The translations under genes and the position numbers were made by a program. A DNA stretch of 63,641 nucleotides, counting the filler, from Salisapilia sapeloensis CBS 127946 (taxonomy: Eukaryota > Protista > Oomycota), in NCBI GenBank assembly GCA_023334545.1. It is 9 parts of 9 records of this genome, joined end to end, with 100 filler letters (N's around TTAATTAATTAA, not from the genome) between each part and the next. Parts side by side here need not be neighbours in the genome. Positions count along the whole stretch, not along the records: positions 19,080 to 32,912 come from JAADVB010000396.1; positions 33,013 to 41,006 come from JAADVB010000502.1; 7 more parts are not named here. One strand, given 5' to 3'. The notes beneath the pieces were generated by a model, which worked only from the letters and a program-made list of their open reading frames with translations, was not told the origin of the DNA and made no database searches. Shown piece after piece: positions 24,752 through 37,144 of this stretch. The stretch's first letter is position 1. Every line of letters begins with the position of its first letter.

Positions 24752-24881
24752 GGATACTTGAGTTGAAGCCTCAATACTATAAATAACTAAGTTTTTAGCA
24801 TACGGTCTCTTTGTACCATGGTGGTTTCATGCCATTTATATGGGACGGAGGAATCCGATCTGAGCAACGAGGGGAATCGGC

Positions 24882-26441
24882 ATGGCAGATGCCTCTGCGC
24901 AGTGGTTTGCGGCAACTGCACCGCAGCTCATATTAGCTCGAAACCGACATGAGACAGCAGGATTTCGAGAGCTTGTGCAAGGCTATCAAGCGTTGCTCGC
25001 TCGGGAAGGGCGCCGACCGAATGACCTGTCGTTGTCGCAGTCGCTCGCGTCGACCACTGTCGGAGATAGCGACTCGGACGCGTACGCTCAAAAGTACTTG
25101 ACGACGATCCAGCATTTGGAGCAAGAACTGAACGAGAAGAATGCTCAGTTGGCTGAGTACGCTGGCAGCCACCTCCGACAGAACCAAGAGCTAATGCAGC
25201 TGCGAAATGAGTGTAATAAGGCAGAGAATCAAGCGCAGGTCGTGTCGAGACAACTAGAGGAGGAGCAAATTTTAGGTGTGGAGAAGGACAAAATGATGAC
25301 CGAACTAGATGAAGCTCTCCGGGTGTCTCGACAAGAGGTTTCTCGATACCGAGAGCTGTTGGAAAAGGCGGAGAGCGACAATGCGCAGCTACGAGAACAG
25401 CTTAGCGGGAACGAGACGGGTCGAGCAGAGGTGAAGGATGGGAATTTGAGTGCAAGTCAGCAGTCTGTCCAGAGCGAAGACAAGGAAGTGGGCAGGGTGA
25501 CGCAGATCATCGGAGACCACACATTCTCACGCCAAGTATCCTCGGTTCAGCACGTCATTCGAGCACACGCCATTGAGGCCAACGCAGTCGCGTTCAACGC
25601 TTCTGGAAAGCTCATCTTCAGTGCCAGTAGCGACGGAACGGTCCGAGCATGGGACAGCGCTTCGGGAAGACCGGTGGGCGAGTACCGGGGCAAAGGATCG
25701 ACGCATCCGTTGCTATGTGTTCGAGGGTCCGAGGATGGAGAGACGGTGCTGGGGGCAGGGAGCGATCGGAAGGCGTTCCTTTGGCGAGCAGGTCCTGGGC
25801 GAGTCATCCAAAGTTTCACGGGGCACAAGGGAAAAGTGTTGGCGGCAGAGTTTCTGGCGACGCAGCCACATCAAGTGGTGACTGGATCGAGCGATCGCAG
25901 TCTGCGTATATGGGACGTGAACTCTGGCCGCAGTCTCCAGACGTTGTCCTGTCGATCTGGATGCAACTCGTTGTCGGTCGCCAAGAGCTCTTGCGGTCAA
26001 TTCGCTAGTGCCCACGTGGACGGAAGTGTTCGTCTGTGGGACGAGCGAACTCGGCATGAGGAGCAGGAAGTGAAAGGTCTTCATGAAGGACAGACGACGT
26101 CTGTCAGCTTGGCGGAGGAGGTGCCGCTGCTGGTGTCGAATGGACGGGATAATAAACTGCAGGTGCTGGATGTCCGTACGATGGAGGTGCTGGTGACGTT
26201 GCAACACAAGCATTATCACAGCGGCTTTGACTGGAATGATGCAGGTGTGAGTCCGGATGGGATATTTGTGGCGGCTGGAAGCGTCACTGGTCAAGTGTTT
26301 CTGTGGGATACGAGGAATGGGAAGATGGTACAGGAAATGAGTGGGGGACATCAGGGCGCCGTGGCCTGCTGCACGTGGCGACCAGACGGGACCGGCGTGG
26401 CTTCGTGTGACAAGAACGGTGTGGTCGTCTTGTGGCAGTGA
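24882..26441 (+). CDS. ATG16: Autophagy protein ATG16-like (ATG5-binding N-terminus, coiled coil, 7 WD40 repeats)
   Basis: N-terminal W...LILARNRHE motif, long coiled coil and WD40 repeats (VRAWD, LRIWD, VRLWD, VFLWD). Confidence 0.82.
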   Translation: MADASAQWFAATAPQLILARNRHETAGFRELVQGYQALLAREGRRPNDLSLSQSLASTTVGDSDSDAYAQKYLTTIQHLEQELNEKNAQLAEYAGSHLRQNQELMQLRNECNKAENQAQVVSRQLEEEQILGVEKDKMMTELDEALRVSRQEVSRYRELLEKAESDNAQLREQLSGNETGRAEVKDGNLSASQQSVQSEDKEVGRVTQIIGDHTFSRQVSSVQHVIRAHAIEANAVAFNASGKLIFSASSDGTVRAWDSASGRPVGEYRGKGSTHPLLCVRGSEDGETVLGAGSDRKAFLWRAGPGRVIQSFTGHKGKVLAAEFLATQPHQVVTGSSDRSLRIWDVNSGRSLQTLSCRSGCNSLSVAKSSCGQFASAHVDGSVRLWDERTRHEEQEVKGLHEGQTTSVSLAEEVPLLVSNGRDNKLQVLDVRTMEVLVTLQHKHYHSGFDWNDAGVSPDGIFVAAGSVTGQVFLWDTRNGKMVQEMSGGHQGAVACCTWRPDGTGVASCDKNGVVVLWQ

Positions 26442-26479
26442 CAAGAGCCTGGTTGGGAAGTTGGGTTCTGTTGCTTTAT

Positions 26480-27019
26480 TTACTCTTTTAGCTCAAACGA
26501 AGTGCCGCAGCCGCAGCCGCCGACTGCGTTGGGGTTGTTGACGACGGCAAAGGCGCTGCGGATGAGCTCTTGCTCAAAGTCGATGGTGCTTCCTCGAAGG
26601 AACTCGAGCGACTCGGAGTCCACGACCACGCGCCCTCCGTTCTGTTCATAGAGACTAGTGCTTTGGATTAGCAAAGGTATCAGGAACAAACAAAAGCGAA
26701 TGCATACATGTCTTCTTCCTCCAGGTTGTCATCACGCTCAAATTCGTACACGTACTGGAATCCAGAGCATCCACCACCTTCAACCGCTACACGCAGCACC
26801 ATGTTCGGTATCTTTTGCTTCTCCGCCACCTCGTTCAGTTTCTTATCAACGTGTGAGACCGAATGTACTTTATGTCTATGAAAAGAAGCGTGCCTTGGCA
26901 GCGAGGGGCGTGATGACGATGTCCGGCAGTCCAGAGTCGTTCACGGCAGTCGCAGTCGACGCCGCTCTCGCCGATACGGCCATCCGCCGCGCCGTCTGAA
27001 AAGTCCACTTGCGTAGCAT
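26480..27019 (-). CDS. ISCA2: Mitochondrial iron-sulfur cluster A-type carrier (IscA/HesB, ISCA2-like), 3 exons, first intron GC-AG
   Basis: Transit-peptide-like start, [30 protein letters not shown] and [14 protein letters not shown]. Confidence 0.92.
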
Positions 27020-27233
27020 GATAAAGTGCTTCTGCTAGTTTTCTTCTTGTCCGTCACACGTTAAACACTATTTTGTTTTTCTCGGAAGGTATATTTAGCA
27101 ATGCTTAATCTGCGTCTACCTTTGGAACACTCGAACGAGTACTCGACCAGATCGACAAGTACTGAGAGACTTATTGTCGAAAGGGATCTGTCTGCATCGC
27201 TACAGGGCCTGACCAAAACAAAATACAGGTAGG

Positions 27234-28001
27234 ATGAAGTACGCAGCTGTGACGCTCGATGCCATGGGCACACTTGTTCGACCGAGAGAGTCGATCGGTG
27301 CCACGTACTTGACTATATGGCAGCAAGTCACGGGGCTCACGCTGTCGTCGACCACATTCGATAGCTCCAAGCAGCATCTAAAATCCCAGTTTCCTCTGGC
27401 ATTCAAGGAAATGGAGGCAGAACGACCGAACTTTGGTCGCTCCCACGTCATCTCGGACACTAATCGAGTGAACAGCGATACCGCGTTGCCATGGTGGGAA
27501 GATTTGATCACTCGCGCAATGCCGCCAGAGCTTATACAGGCCGCAGGAACGCACGTGACGAAAAGTTTCGTAAAAGAGGCTTATGAGCATTTTTCCTCGG
27601 CGGAGGCATGGGCTTTGTTCGAGGATGCCAAGCCAACCTTGAATGGTCTGAAAGATCGTGACGTTCCGCTCGCAGTCGTGTCCAATTTTGACGAGCGCCT
27701 TGGAAGGATTCTACAGGAGCTGGATGTCTTGGATTATTTCGATGTGGTACAAAGTTCTTGGAGACATCGGGAAGCAAAGCCAGCGACGTCGATTTACTTG
27801 GCAACACTGAAGGAGCTAAGTGAGATAGCATCTGGTACCTTGCCAGCATCCAATGTGCTACACGTTGGGGACGACGTCGAGAAAGACTACCTAGCCGCAA
27901 CCAAGGCCAGTTTTCAGGCCCGGTACGTGTCTCGTGACGGTTCGTTTCATCAGGATGCCCCGCGTGAGCATACGATTGATAGCCTAGAGGCTATATTGTA
28001 A
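27234..28001 (+). CDS. HAD-superfamily hydrolase, HDHD3/REG-2-like
   Basis: Motif I VTLDAMGTL, motif II VVSNFDERL, motif III EAKP and motif IV HVGDDVEKDY. Confidence 0.88.
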   Translation: MKYAAVTLDAMGTLVRPRESIGATYLTIWQQVTGLTLSSTTFDSSKQHLKSQFPLAFKEMEAERPNFGRSHVISDTNRVNSDTALPWWEDLITRAMPPELIQAAGTHVTKSFVKEAYEHFSSAEAWALFEDAKPTLNGLKDRDVPLAVVSNFDERLGRILQELDVLDYFDVVQSSWRHREAKPATSIYLATLKELSEIASGTLPASNVLHVGDDVEKDYLAATKASFQARYVSRDGSFHQDAPREHTIDSLEAIL

Positions 28002-28265
28002 AGAATAGGAGTCGTTTCAGATCCGTGCGATCCGTTTGAAAATTCTGTGGCAAAAGTGCGAATAAGGAGCCCGTAGATATGGGATGCTGGCATTGCGCTC
28101 TCTCATTGTCGTACGAAAGAAGTTTCAGACTCTTGGTACTTTGAAACGGACAGACCTTCTCTTCACACTCACTGCACCATCCCATCCACTAGATAGAAAC
28201 TTGAGTAGTCACTCCTGCAGTTGAGCTCACTTTGCCTGGAAACATTGGGGCACTGGAGATAGCAA

Positions 28266-31200
28266 ATGGCATCCCCCGAACAGGACGGTCCTCTCTTTAG
28301 CTCGCTTTTGGCGGGCCTCGAAAACAACTTTGACACTACGCTCGCTTTTGTGACGAAAGCGGTTGCCGAGGTTTTCGACCCTTCTACCTTTGTCGACGAA
28401 ATCTGCAGCTTTGTTGATGGTAGCGACATTTCTGCGGCCGTATCTCCAGAGACAAGGACGAGGATCGACCAAGAGCTTTTGCCTCAAGTGCTTTTCGCCC
28501 TTTGCGAGCGTCCGTACTATTCGAAAGAAAGTGTCGGTGCGGCACACAACTTTCTCGCTACTTTCTTTGACAAAGCAATTTCGTCTCTCTGTGCACGAGG
28601 TACTTGGTACCTTCCAGCCCTCGCTTGTGCTCTAGATCCCCATCGTGACATCTTTGAAAATGCTAGGGACGTCAGTCTGTCAGCAAAAGTAGGGCAGTTT
28701 ACAAAGGTCAATGGTGCTGCTAAAGGCCCCAATTCTTTTCTGAACTTGGTTGAACACTTTGGCTCTGTCGGAGGCTTTACCGCTCTCATCGATCTTGTTC
28801 GCAAAAGTACGTCGATCACAAGTGCTTCAGAGGATGGAGGAAAACTGTCGACGGACAGTCTTTTACACGTCTTCCGCATTGTGTACGGCGTAAAGAGCAA
28901 TCTTCATTCCGACGTCCTACGCACCTTCATGGTCGCATTGACGGACACAACGCGGAAACTTTTACAGCACATGTCTGAAAAGTTTTTCGCACAAGAAACT
29001 CTCATGGAAATTGTTCGTATTTCGGACTTGGTGTTGATGCAGTTGCAACAGGAAGCTATAATGTCAGATGGTCTTTTCGGTCGGACGCTGGCGACCAGTG
29101 TGCAGCTATTAGAGCTCCAGACACATTGGTCGAGCTTCTGTGGCGGACCTATTGACAAGCAGGTAGCAGCGTTAACCGAGATCTCAAGCGTCGTCACCCA
29201 GTTGTACAACACCCACGTGATGCAGATGACATCGTCTGACAGTGTTGACACTGTCCGCAGACCTAGCGCCATGATAGTGGCTGTCTTGACGTGGATGGCT
29301 GATGTTGGAATGGTGGATACATTGCTCCAAGACCGCATACATCCTCAATTGCTGCGTAGGAGTGCCGCATTGTTCCAGTTTCTAACGGACACGGGCAACT
29401 TCACCCCAAGTCATGTAGACCTCCTGTGGAAGCTGTACGATCGAGATGAGGCCACTAGCTCATCTATTCACGAGTTATGGCTCAACCTTGTTGATTTTAT
29501 GGACCGCAACTTATTGGAGCTCATGTGCGTTCGCGTGCAGACCTCTAAAATGGATGCGAATCACTTGTCTCTTTTGGCTACCATTGCGACGAGAGATGTG
29601 GCTGCAGATCCTATGCGTGATCAAGGCACGGAGGTACTGACGCTTAGAAAACAAATCCTGTCGCATTTGATTCAGTCTGCGACGGAGAAAAGTGATTTGG
29701 CCGAATTGTCGTTGAAATACGTCGACTCGGTTTTGCGTCGCGTGTATCAAGACAATTCGGTCGCTGTGGCTACTGCCGAGGCGAGCATGACGTGTATGTC
29801 CGATTGGCATGCTCTCGTTCAGCAATTGCTGACTCAATGCACTCGGATGCTAAAAGAAGACAAGGACGTGATGGTTCCGCTGAAGATGATAACTTACCTG
29901 ATTTCTCTGCTCGTTGAAAAAGCTTGCTGGGAGTCGCCGGATTCTTGTATATCGCATGCTGAGGTAACTCAGCTAGCGAAAGAGTCGATCGCTTTGTTTT
30001 CAAGCGCCCGTACGAACGCTCTTGCTATAGACGAGGAGAGTCGCGTAGCCGAGGTTAAGACGCACTTATTGGTTCTTAGAGCTCTGTGGCTCTTGGAATC
30101 ATGCTTCTGGATCGCAGACTATCTTCGTGAGAGCTCTATGGACGAAGGTCGTGAATTATTTCCTAGCACCGGACGAGAGATGGTGGAAGCTGTCTGGACG
30201 CATGGTGTTGAAAATGCCGAGTCGGCAGATGAGGCATCTCTGTCCTTTCAATGGCTGGAGCTATGCGCCACGACGTCACTGCCGTTTGCTCTGGCATCTT
30301 CAGATGAGTCCATACCGCTACTACCAACGGAGCTGGCGGAGGAAATTGTAGAGAAAAAGTTCACTTGCCTCAGAGGGTCAGTTACATCCTCTTCAGCGCT
30401 CTCATGCTTCCACCACTTATTCCGCCGGATCAATCTTGCTGCGGGTGGGCTGGAAAGCTACCTCGTGTCAACGCAAGATGAAGACATTGTAAACAGTGAG
30501 GCTGCAGAGCAAGTCGTTGACCTCGTGTCTGCGAACCCTCTAGTTGGACTTGATGCGCTCTGGCTACTATCACTACATACCAGTGACGTTGCGGTGGCAG
30601 AGGAAGCATTTGCGCTGCTCATCGGCTACCACCTCGAGTTCATTCCTAGTTTGCAAACAACTGGTACACCTTTGATGTGTCGACTGCGATTTGTCGAGAC
30701 CTGCATGGATCATTTGACAAGCGCTAAGGCCAGGCTGGCTGAAAATCCTGAGATGCACGAGATGGTTATTAACCGATGTATCGATCTCCTCCATCACTTT
30801 CTTATTTCATGTGAAAATGAAGCCGAGGAAGAAGGCGCTGCAACGACTAGGTTCGAGAAGCTAGAGGAGCAGCTATCCATTATGCAAATCTTCCCCTCAC
30901 CACTGAAAAGCCAAAGCAATATGCCAAACTCGTCTGCATCGACTCAGCAATTCGAGTACAGCAAGAGTCGAAAGGAGCTGGTGGAGGAAATAGAAGAAGA
31001 AAGTATGCCACCTCCAGCACCAACGGATGTCGATGTTGGCCCTCGACCCAGCCCACGCAAGAAGGGCTACATTCCGCCAGACAGTGCGGACACCGACCAA
31101 GAGCTACTCTCAGAAGCCTTGGATGCGTCTGGATCGCCTCTAGTGTCGCCGAACAAGCGACCGACGCTGATGTCACCTCCAAAGAGAGTCAAAGTGGATT

Positions 31201-32912
31201 TGCAGTATGCGTCGTCCAGTCTTTCCCCACGCAAAGGACCAAACATGTCTTCGGATGATTTCAATCAAGCGCTTCGAGATGTAGTATCTGACCCGTTGGC
31301 TCCTAAGTCGTTGCTAAAGACGGAACGAACATTGTCTAAATCTGAGGTAGCTAGCCACGTGCTGGCCAACGAAGGAAACCACTTTAGCTGCCTCATGGAG
31401 CTAATGGACTTGGGAGAGTCGACTGCCCGCCGTGTGTGGGAACTTTTGACGCGCTTGCCGATCAACCACAATATTCTGCATAAAGTTATTAATCGCAAAT
31501 CAGCGGACGGAAGTGTGGTGGAGTGGTCTCAATTGCTACGAACGGACAATTTACATCATTTGCTGTATGTTCTACGTGTCATTGAGGCTCTACTGATCCC
31601 GTTGCACCCCATTTCGGAAGACGTCAGTAGCACTTCGCCGTCAGATCATGCTCGTCGCGTCTGGAGGGAACGTTTTATTCGACTTGATGGTGCTTCTTGT
31701 CTCTATTCCATTGTCTTCGAATGGAAAGACAACAGGAGTGAAAGTGGTTCGCGAGGCGTGTATGAGGAAAATTTATATGCCACTTGCCTAGCTTCCATCA
31801 TGCACACGATGGCCTACCTGACGCAGCTATTGGTGGATAAGAGCATTCACGAAAGCAAAGCGGATAAAAATGACGTACGTCTCTTTGAAAGCACGTTACC
31901 CGATATGGAGGAGCATTTGGACACTCCGCTACTTTTAAAGACCATTGCCGAGCATGTTGACATGTTTTGCAATAAGACCGTGGAAACGAATTGCAGAGCA
32001 AGTAGTTCCGAAGCTAGTCGTGTCATTTGCACAGGGTTTCATCTAGTATGCCTTCTTTATGCTCATGAACCAACGCTACTGCTGGATAACCCATCTTCTA
32101 TCCATCATTTAGTCTACAGGGCCATGGCTGGTGGCCAGTCTGTTGAAACGGATGTGAGGCCTGAAGAAGCGATGCTACAACTAGCAATTCGACTTCAGAC
32201 ACAAGCCGAAATTAACGTAGATGCACTGAATGCAGTCCTCCAAGCTGTCGTAGACACCACATTAGACGCTGTCAATATGCTTACGTTTGGTTCAGGAGAC
32301 AACATAGAGCTGCATCCATCTATATTCGCCTTGTTCAGTCAAGTTCTGGAGAGTGTGAAGATGACACCTGATGCACAGGCATGGACAGTTCAGTACATGT
32401 CCAGCTGCGCTCTACCTCAAAAAATTCTTGATACGCTTGACATCGTCACCTCGGGCAATGCCAATACTTGTGCGGATTCCTCGCAAGATGCGATTGCGTG
32501 CCTGTTGTCGTCACTTTTAGCTCTTCAAGGGCTCAGCAGTTCTATCTGCTCTACCATACTCAATCACCGGACACCGGAAGTAGACACAGAAGCTCTGGTT
32601 GGCAACTGTTGGACTCTGGACTTGCTTACCAAGCGACTACTTTTGGGTTCTTCATCGGAGAGGACAAAGAGTGGAAACTTTGCTTCTTACGCTGTTTTGC
32701 CTGCGTGTAACACTGAAAAGTGCCGCCGCTTGTGCCAGCAACTACTTTTGACGCTTGCGTTTGATCTTTTCGCTACCGAGTCGGTGGCGTTGCATAGCGT
32801 CCTAGATACCATGGATACGTACCAGTCATCTGTATTAGATACACTTAATGTCAGCGGACGTCCTTGGAATTACGAACCGAATGACGCTCTGCGGACTAAG
32901 AGCAAAAGTACG
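28266..32912 (+). CDS. Large ubiquitin C-terminal hydrolase (USP9X/USP24/USP34-like), N-terminal HEAT-like region, 3'-partial
   Basis: Helical-repeat ORF of more than 1500 aa with HFGSVGGF, HPQLLRRSAALFQFL, WELLTRLP and W...FIRLDG. It ends at WNYEP, the motif that precedes the catalytic Cys box, which is beyond the contig end. Confidence 0.75.
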
Positions 32913-33012
32913 NNNNNNNNNNNNNNNNNNNNNNNNNNNNNNNNNNNNNNNNNNNNTTAATTAATTAANNNNNNNNNNNNNNNNNNNNNNNNNNNNNNNN
33001 NNNNNNNNNNNN
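32913..33012. other. Artificial contig-joining spacer
   Basis: N44-TTAATTAATTAA-N44. Confidence 0.97.
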
Positions 33013-33682
33013 AGTTACGATGCACATCAAGATGAGTGGAGACTGGACGAATCGTCTTGGTAACCTTGTGGACGATAACGATTCGCTCACTCCGTTCAAG
33101 ATGCTGGTGGATGGACCGTACGGAAGTCCGATGACGGATTGGAACAACCGCGACAAGTACACCCATCTGGTACTCATCTCCGGGGGCATTGGTGTCACGC
33201 CTATGCTTTCCATTGCTCATGAGCTGTACCACTCATGCCACGTCTCGAGCTCTCAATCGCTCAACAACGTCCATTTCATCTGGAGTGTGCGCGATATTCA
33301 AGTTCTCGAATCGATTTTACAAAGCCCAGATTCAAAGGGTGCAAATGAAGCTGCTGATCGTTTCCTACCACACTCATTGCTAAGCAATTCGTCTGTGGCG
33401 AACGATGTCTTTGACACTCAGTTTTACCTCACTTCGAATGATAAAGTCGAAGCTGGTAGAGTAGAATGGCTCTCGCATGTCTTGAAACTTGGCCAACGAC
33501 CAGACATTCCACAGATTCTTCAAGACGCTGGTAATATGGCGAAGGAAAGCAATGCAATGAGAGTTGGTGTCCTTGTATGCGGTCCGGATAGCATGAAGCG
33601 GCAAGTAATTGAGGAAAGCATCCGTGCAGAGAAGAGCGCCAACGTCCGGTTTGACGTGCACAGTGAAGTATTTGCATTCTAA
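33013..33682 (+). CDS. Ferric reductase/NADPH oxidase (FRE/NOX) family, C-terminal NADPH-binding domain, 5'-partial
   Basis: VDGPYG, LVLISGGIGVTP, VHFIWSVRD, VLVCGP and terminal HSEVFAF. Confidence 0.9.
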
Positions 33683-34080
33683 GAAGAGATGGAAAGAAAC
33701 ACCAAATACACATTTAGTTATATAAGAGCTGGTTGTTACATGCCTTGAAGTGCGATAAGGATGAACTCCATCGCTCAGTTTGTACAATATAATCCACATT
33801 TCCATGCGCTATCCTATTGCTTTTTTGGAGTGCATTTAGATTCATGCCACAGCTTAGGATTAAGATATGCTAAAGCATATATATAGTATCGGCTAGAATG
33901 TGGCATGAAGAGCATTACATTGCTCTGTTTGAACAAGTAAATTAAACGATGCGCCTTTAGAAGCACATTTCTTGTTCATTTTACGGAAGCCTTTTATTGT
34001 AGTCAATGTTATATACGTCTCAAGCCTTTATCTAATACGAAAACTTACCATTTGTATCATTCAATCTTACTTCGGCATGT

Positions 34081-35460
34081 TTAACTTTGTAGCTGGACCG
34101 ACTGGGAATCACCTCCGTTCTTGATCAAAAAGATTACGACCACCCCAGAGGTTTTCATAGCTTTCCTACTTATCTTCATAGAAGGCACCGAAATTATAGA
34201 CCCCATTGCAAAAGCATCAATTGTACATATCTCGGCAGCACCGTTACTATCGTGCACGTCATTGGAATGATTAAATCGATCCAAAGGGCTATTGTCTTTC
34301 ATCAAGCAAAGACAGCTTTCCTTTTTTACTCGACAATAGATCCTATACATTCCCGATTTCTCAAACCAGATACTTTCATCCAGAGGACTGTAGGAAAATG
34401 TTGTATAGCTGTGGACAGTCTTCCATTTGTGATGTTCCCCATACGAAGCAGACATATCGGTAGCGTCAATGAATATGACAGTTTGATCTTTGTCAAAATA
34501 CGCAACCTGCTCTTCCAGATCATGCACCTTGGAAAACAAGATTTCAACATCGCTCAGGACAATACTTTGCAAGGGAAAGTAGTTTGGTTGACTCTAAACA
34601 GTAGAGAAAACCTTGAGTTTTAGCCAAAATATTAGCGTACATGTGCCGTCAGGAGCGATCGTAAGATCGACCAATTCATCTCTTGCTCCCTCTACCTTTT
34701 GGATTAAGCATTCTGTAAAGAACTATTATATTAGGAACGTAATTATGCGTTGTCTTTTGTCGGTAATGCGAATCATTCATACGTTGCAATAGTCTTCCAC
34801 TGTGGCATATAAAATACGATGCTCTTCCGATTGAAAATCCCTTGCTGGGAGCATCTCAGACCTCCTACCTTAATTGTAAGGATCGATTTGGATAAAAGAC
34901 TCATAAAATGTATCTGCATAGTACTACTGGTGCTTTGCTTATTCTCCAGCCGGATGCCAATCTTCTGATCTTCCACCGCTAACCGATGACAATACGAAGT
35001 GCTTGGTTCAGATGTGAATGTGGCGTAGCCTTCACTCATCTCTATGGTCGTCAATGGTTTTCGATGTTCTCGATAGATGGCAATTTGCACAATGAAAATA
35101 ATTGTCTACCGAGCACTGCCGAATTGGTCCACAGCATTTTCTTTATTAGGATAACTTGATGAAGGTTGGGAGTGCCCAATGCTTTCTCTCAAATTGATTT
35201 GGAGAGATTTGGATCGGTTCTAGAGAGCTTTTCGTAAAATTTGCTAGGTTGACATCTTTCTTGGATTATTCATTCCCAAAACCTTTTATCAATGATTGAA
35301 TCGCACTGCAGGTTTTAAAGAAATCGACATCCACAAAATATCCAGCTTGATCTTCCAGAAATTTTCTAATCCAAGTAGTAGCCGAGTAGCTCGATTTAAT
35401 CTACTCAGAGCACCAGGATAGCACTTGGTATCTATGATATGCGATAGAAACACTGAATGA
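34081..35460 (-). pseudogene. Decayed coding-like region, possibly a BTB/KCTD-like relic
   Basis: Broken ORF pieces (34081-34572, 34773-35090) and an upstream EDQAGYFVDVD segment loosely resembling BTB 'G.YFIDRD'; many stops. Confidence 0.25.
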
Positions 35461-37092
35461 AATGTTATATCGAGAGCTTTGCTTCACCAATTGAGCTCAT
35501 CTATGTCTTCCTATGTAGTGGTGATCCAAAATCTATATTTACTTTCACAGCTGAAAGCTACCATAAACACACTCATGGATCGGCATTTGTTCCTCGTCAC
35601 ATGTACTTGGAACTAACGTTAATGCTAATTAGCTGTAACTTGTACCCTCGAAAACCCACTATCATGTCGGATGCTGCGTGTAAGAATAGGATAAAGTCAT
35701 TTCATTTACGAAAACTAAACACATTCAGCTCTATCTGATTAGCTTTCTTTCTTGCTAGTATTTCATGCGGCCAGAATAAAGGGAATCAGGCGCGATTTAT
35801 AAGAGTATTAGCTCCGCATCTACGTTCTATGTTCTGATATTCTTAGGCTCTTTTGAGCCCCAGAACTAATTACTATAAACCGCGACAACCCCAGCGTACG
35901 TAGCAAACACGTCCAGAAGCATGATCAATGACTAGCTTGGACCAAGCAATATCAGACTTTACAATAATACAACTTCATTAACATAATGTTTTATATTTAT
36001 CGTGCATATTTGTCGTACAACTCGACGCTTCGTAGTAAAGTAGAAGTAATGTAAAAGTTTAAAAGGCCTGATAGGATCAAAGCACCTGCATCTAAGCGGA
36101 AGGAGATGGAACACCTACTGGCTATGAGGAATTTCACTCCCAGAAGACTATACATAAAAGAGATAAATACAACGATAAGTGCTCTCGATATAGCATCTTG
36201 ATCTTGAAATGACTGCCGCCTACAATACTTTAAACACTTCCGAATCTTCTTCTTTGAGCGCAAACAGCCTAAGGACCACCTCCGAAGGTCGGAGACCTTT
36301 GGCCTTCCAGGGAGGAAGCCCCCAACTGGGGCCCTGCAAGGAGCGAGATGATGACGGGGGAGGGCTTATCACCGCCTCGAGTGATGACCACGCGAGAAGC
36401 TCGACAACATACGCGGCAGAACAGAAGACCCGATCATCACGCGAGCTAGTCACACACAATAGCGGTACAAGGGCACGCAAGCCAGCATGCTTACGGGAAG
36501 GAGAGAGACAGCTTGGTCAAAAAGGTGGTATGCAAATAACACATGCCAGTACGGACATTAGACATCATAAGTAGCTTGACATCAATGTACCTCACTTCCA
36601 AAACAAATTACAATACTTCAAATCCGAATTTCCTTGTGGTAATACGCCCTGTTCATAAGCCATTCAAGTAGCCTATTTGCTCGCAAAAGCACTTTAGAAA
36701 GATGAATCTATTTTTTGAAAGGAAAATAGCTACAATTTCGACTTTGTACAAGATCGCTTAATTCTATCCTAGATATAACTTCCGAACATTTCGTTCAGTT
36801 AACAGTGCAGCACATGTTTACTCGGATCTGTCTATGTAGACACATTTTTCGATTGCTGTGGCATAACTTCAAGCCAGATGGACGCAAGGCGTTTTATGGA
36901 TGCCCCTCGCGTTGCTTATACCTAAAGTCTAATCTTGGGTGAATGCATATATCCCGAAATTATGTCACTGTCATGTACTTGCGACCTTGATTCGTCCGCC
37001 GGACAATCCTCTTAAGTAGAGATTTGAAGCTTCGATACTATACAATGCACAACAACCACAAACTCTTGCGCTACTCGTCCGTGCTCAAAGTA

Positions 37093-37106
37093 CCATTCTG
37101 CATTTT
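37093..37106 (+). promoter_or_regulatory. Oomycete core promoter INR+FPR element
   Basis: CCATTCTGCATTTT matches YCATTYYNCAWTTT, about 40 nt upstream of the sugar porter ATG. Confidence 0.7.
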
Positions 37107-37144
37107 GCGCTTAAAGTCTCAAGTCTACAACTCCACGATTCTTC

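Noticed and set aside
25713-26444. Long antisense ORFs opposite real genes (e.g. 25713-26444, 39395-40012, 62725-63403)
   Set aside because: Shadow ORFs arising from codon bias on the coding strand.
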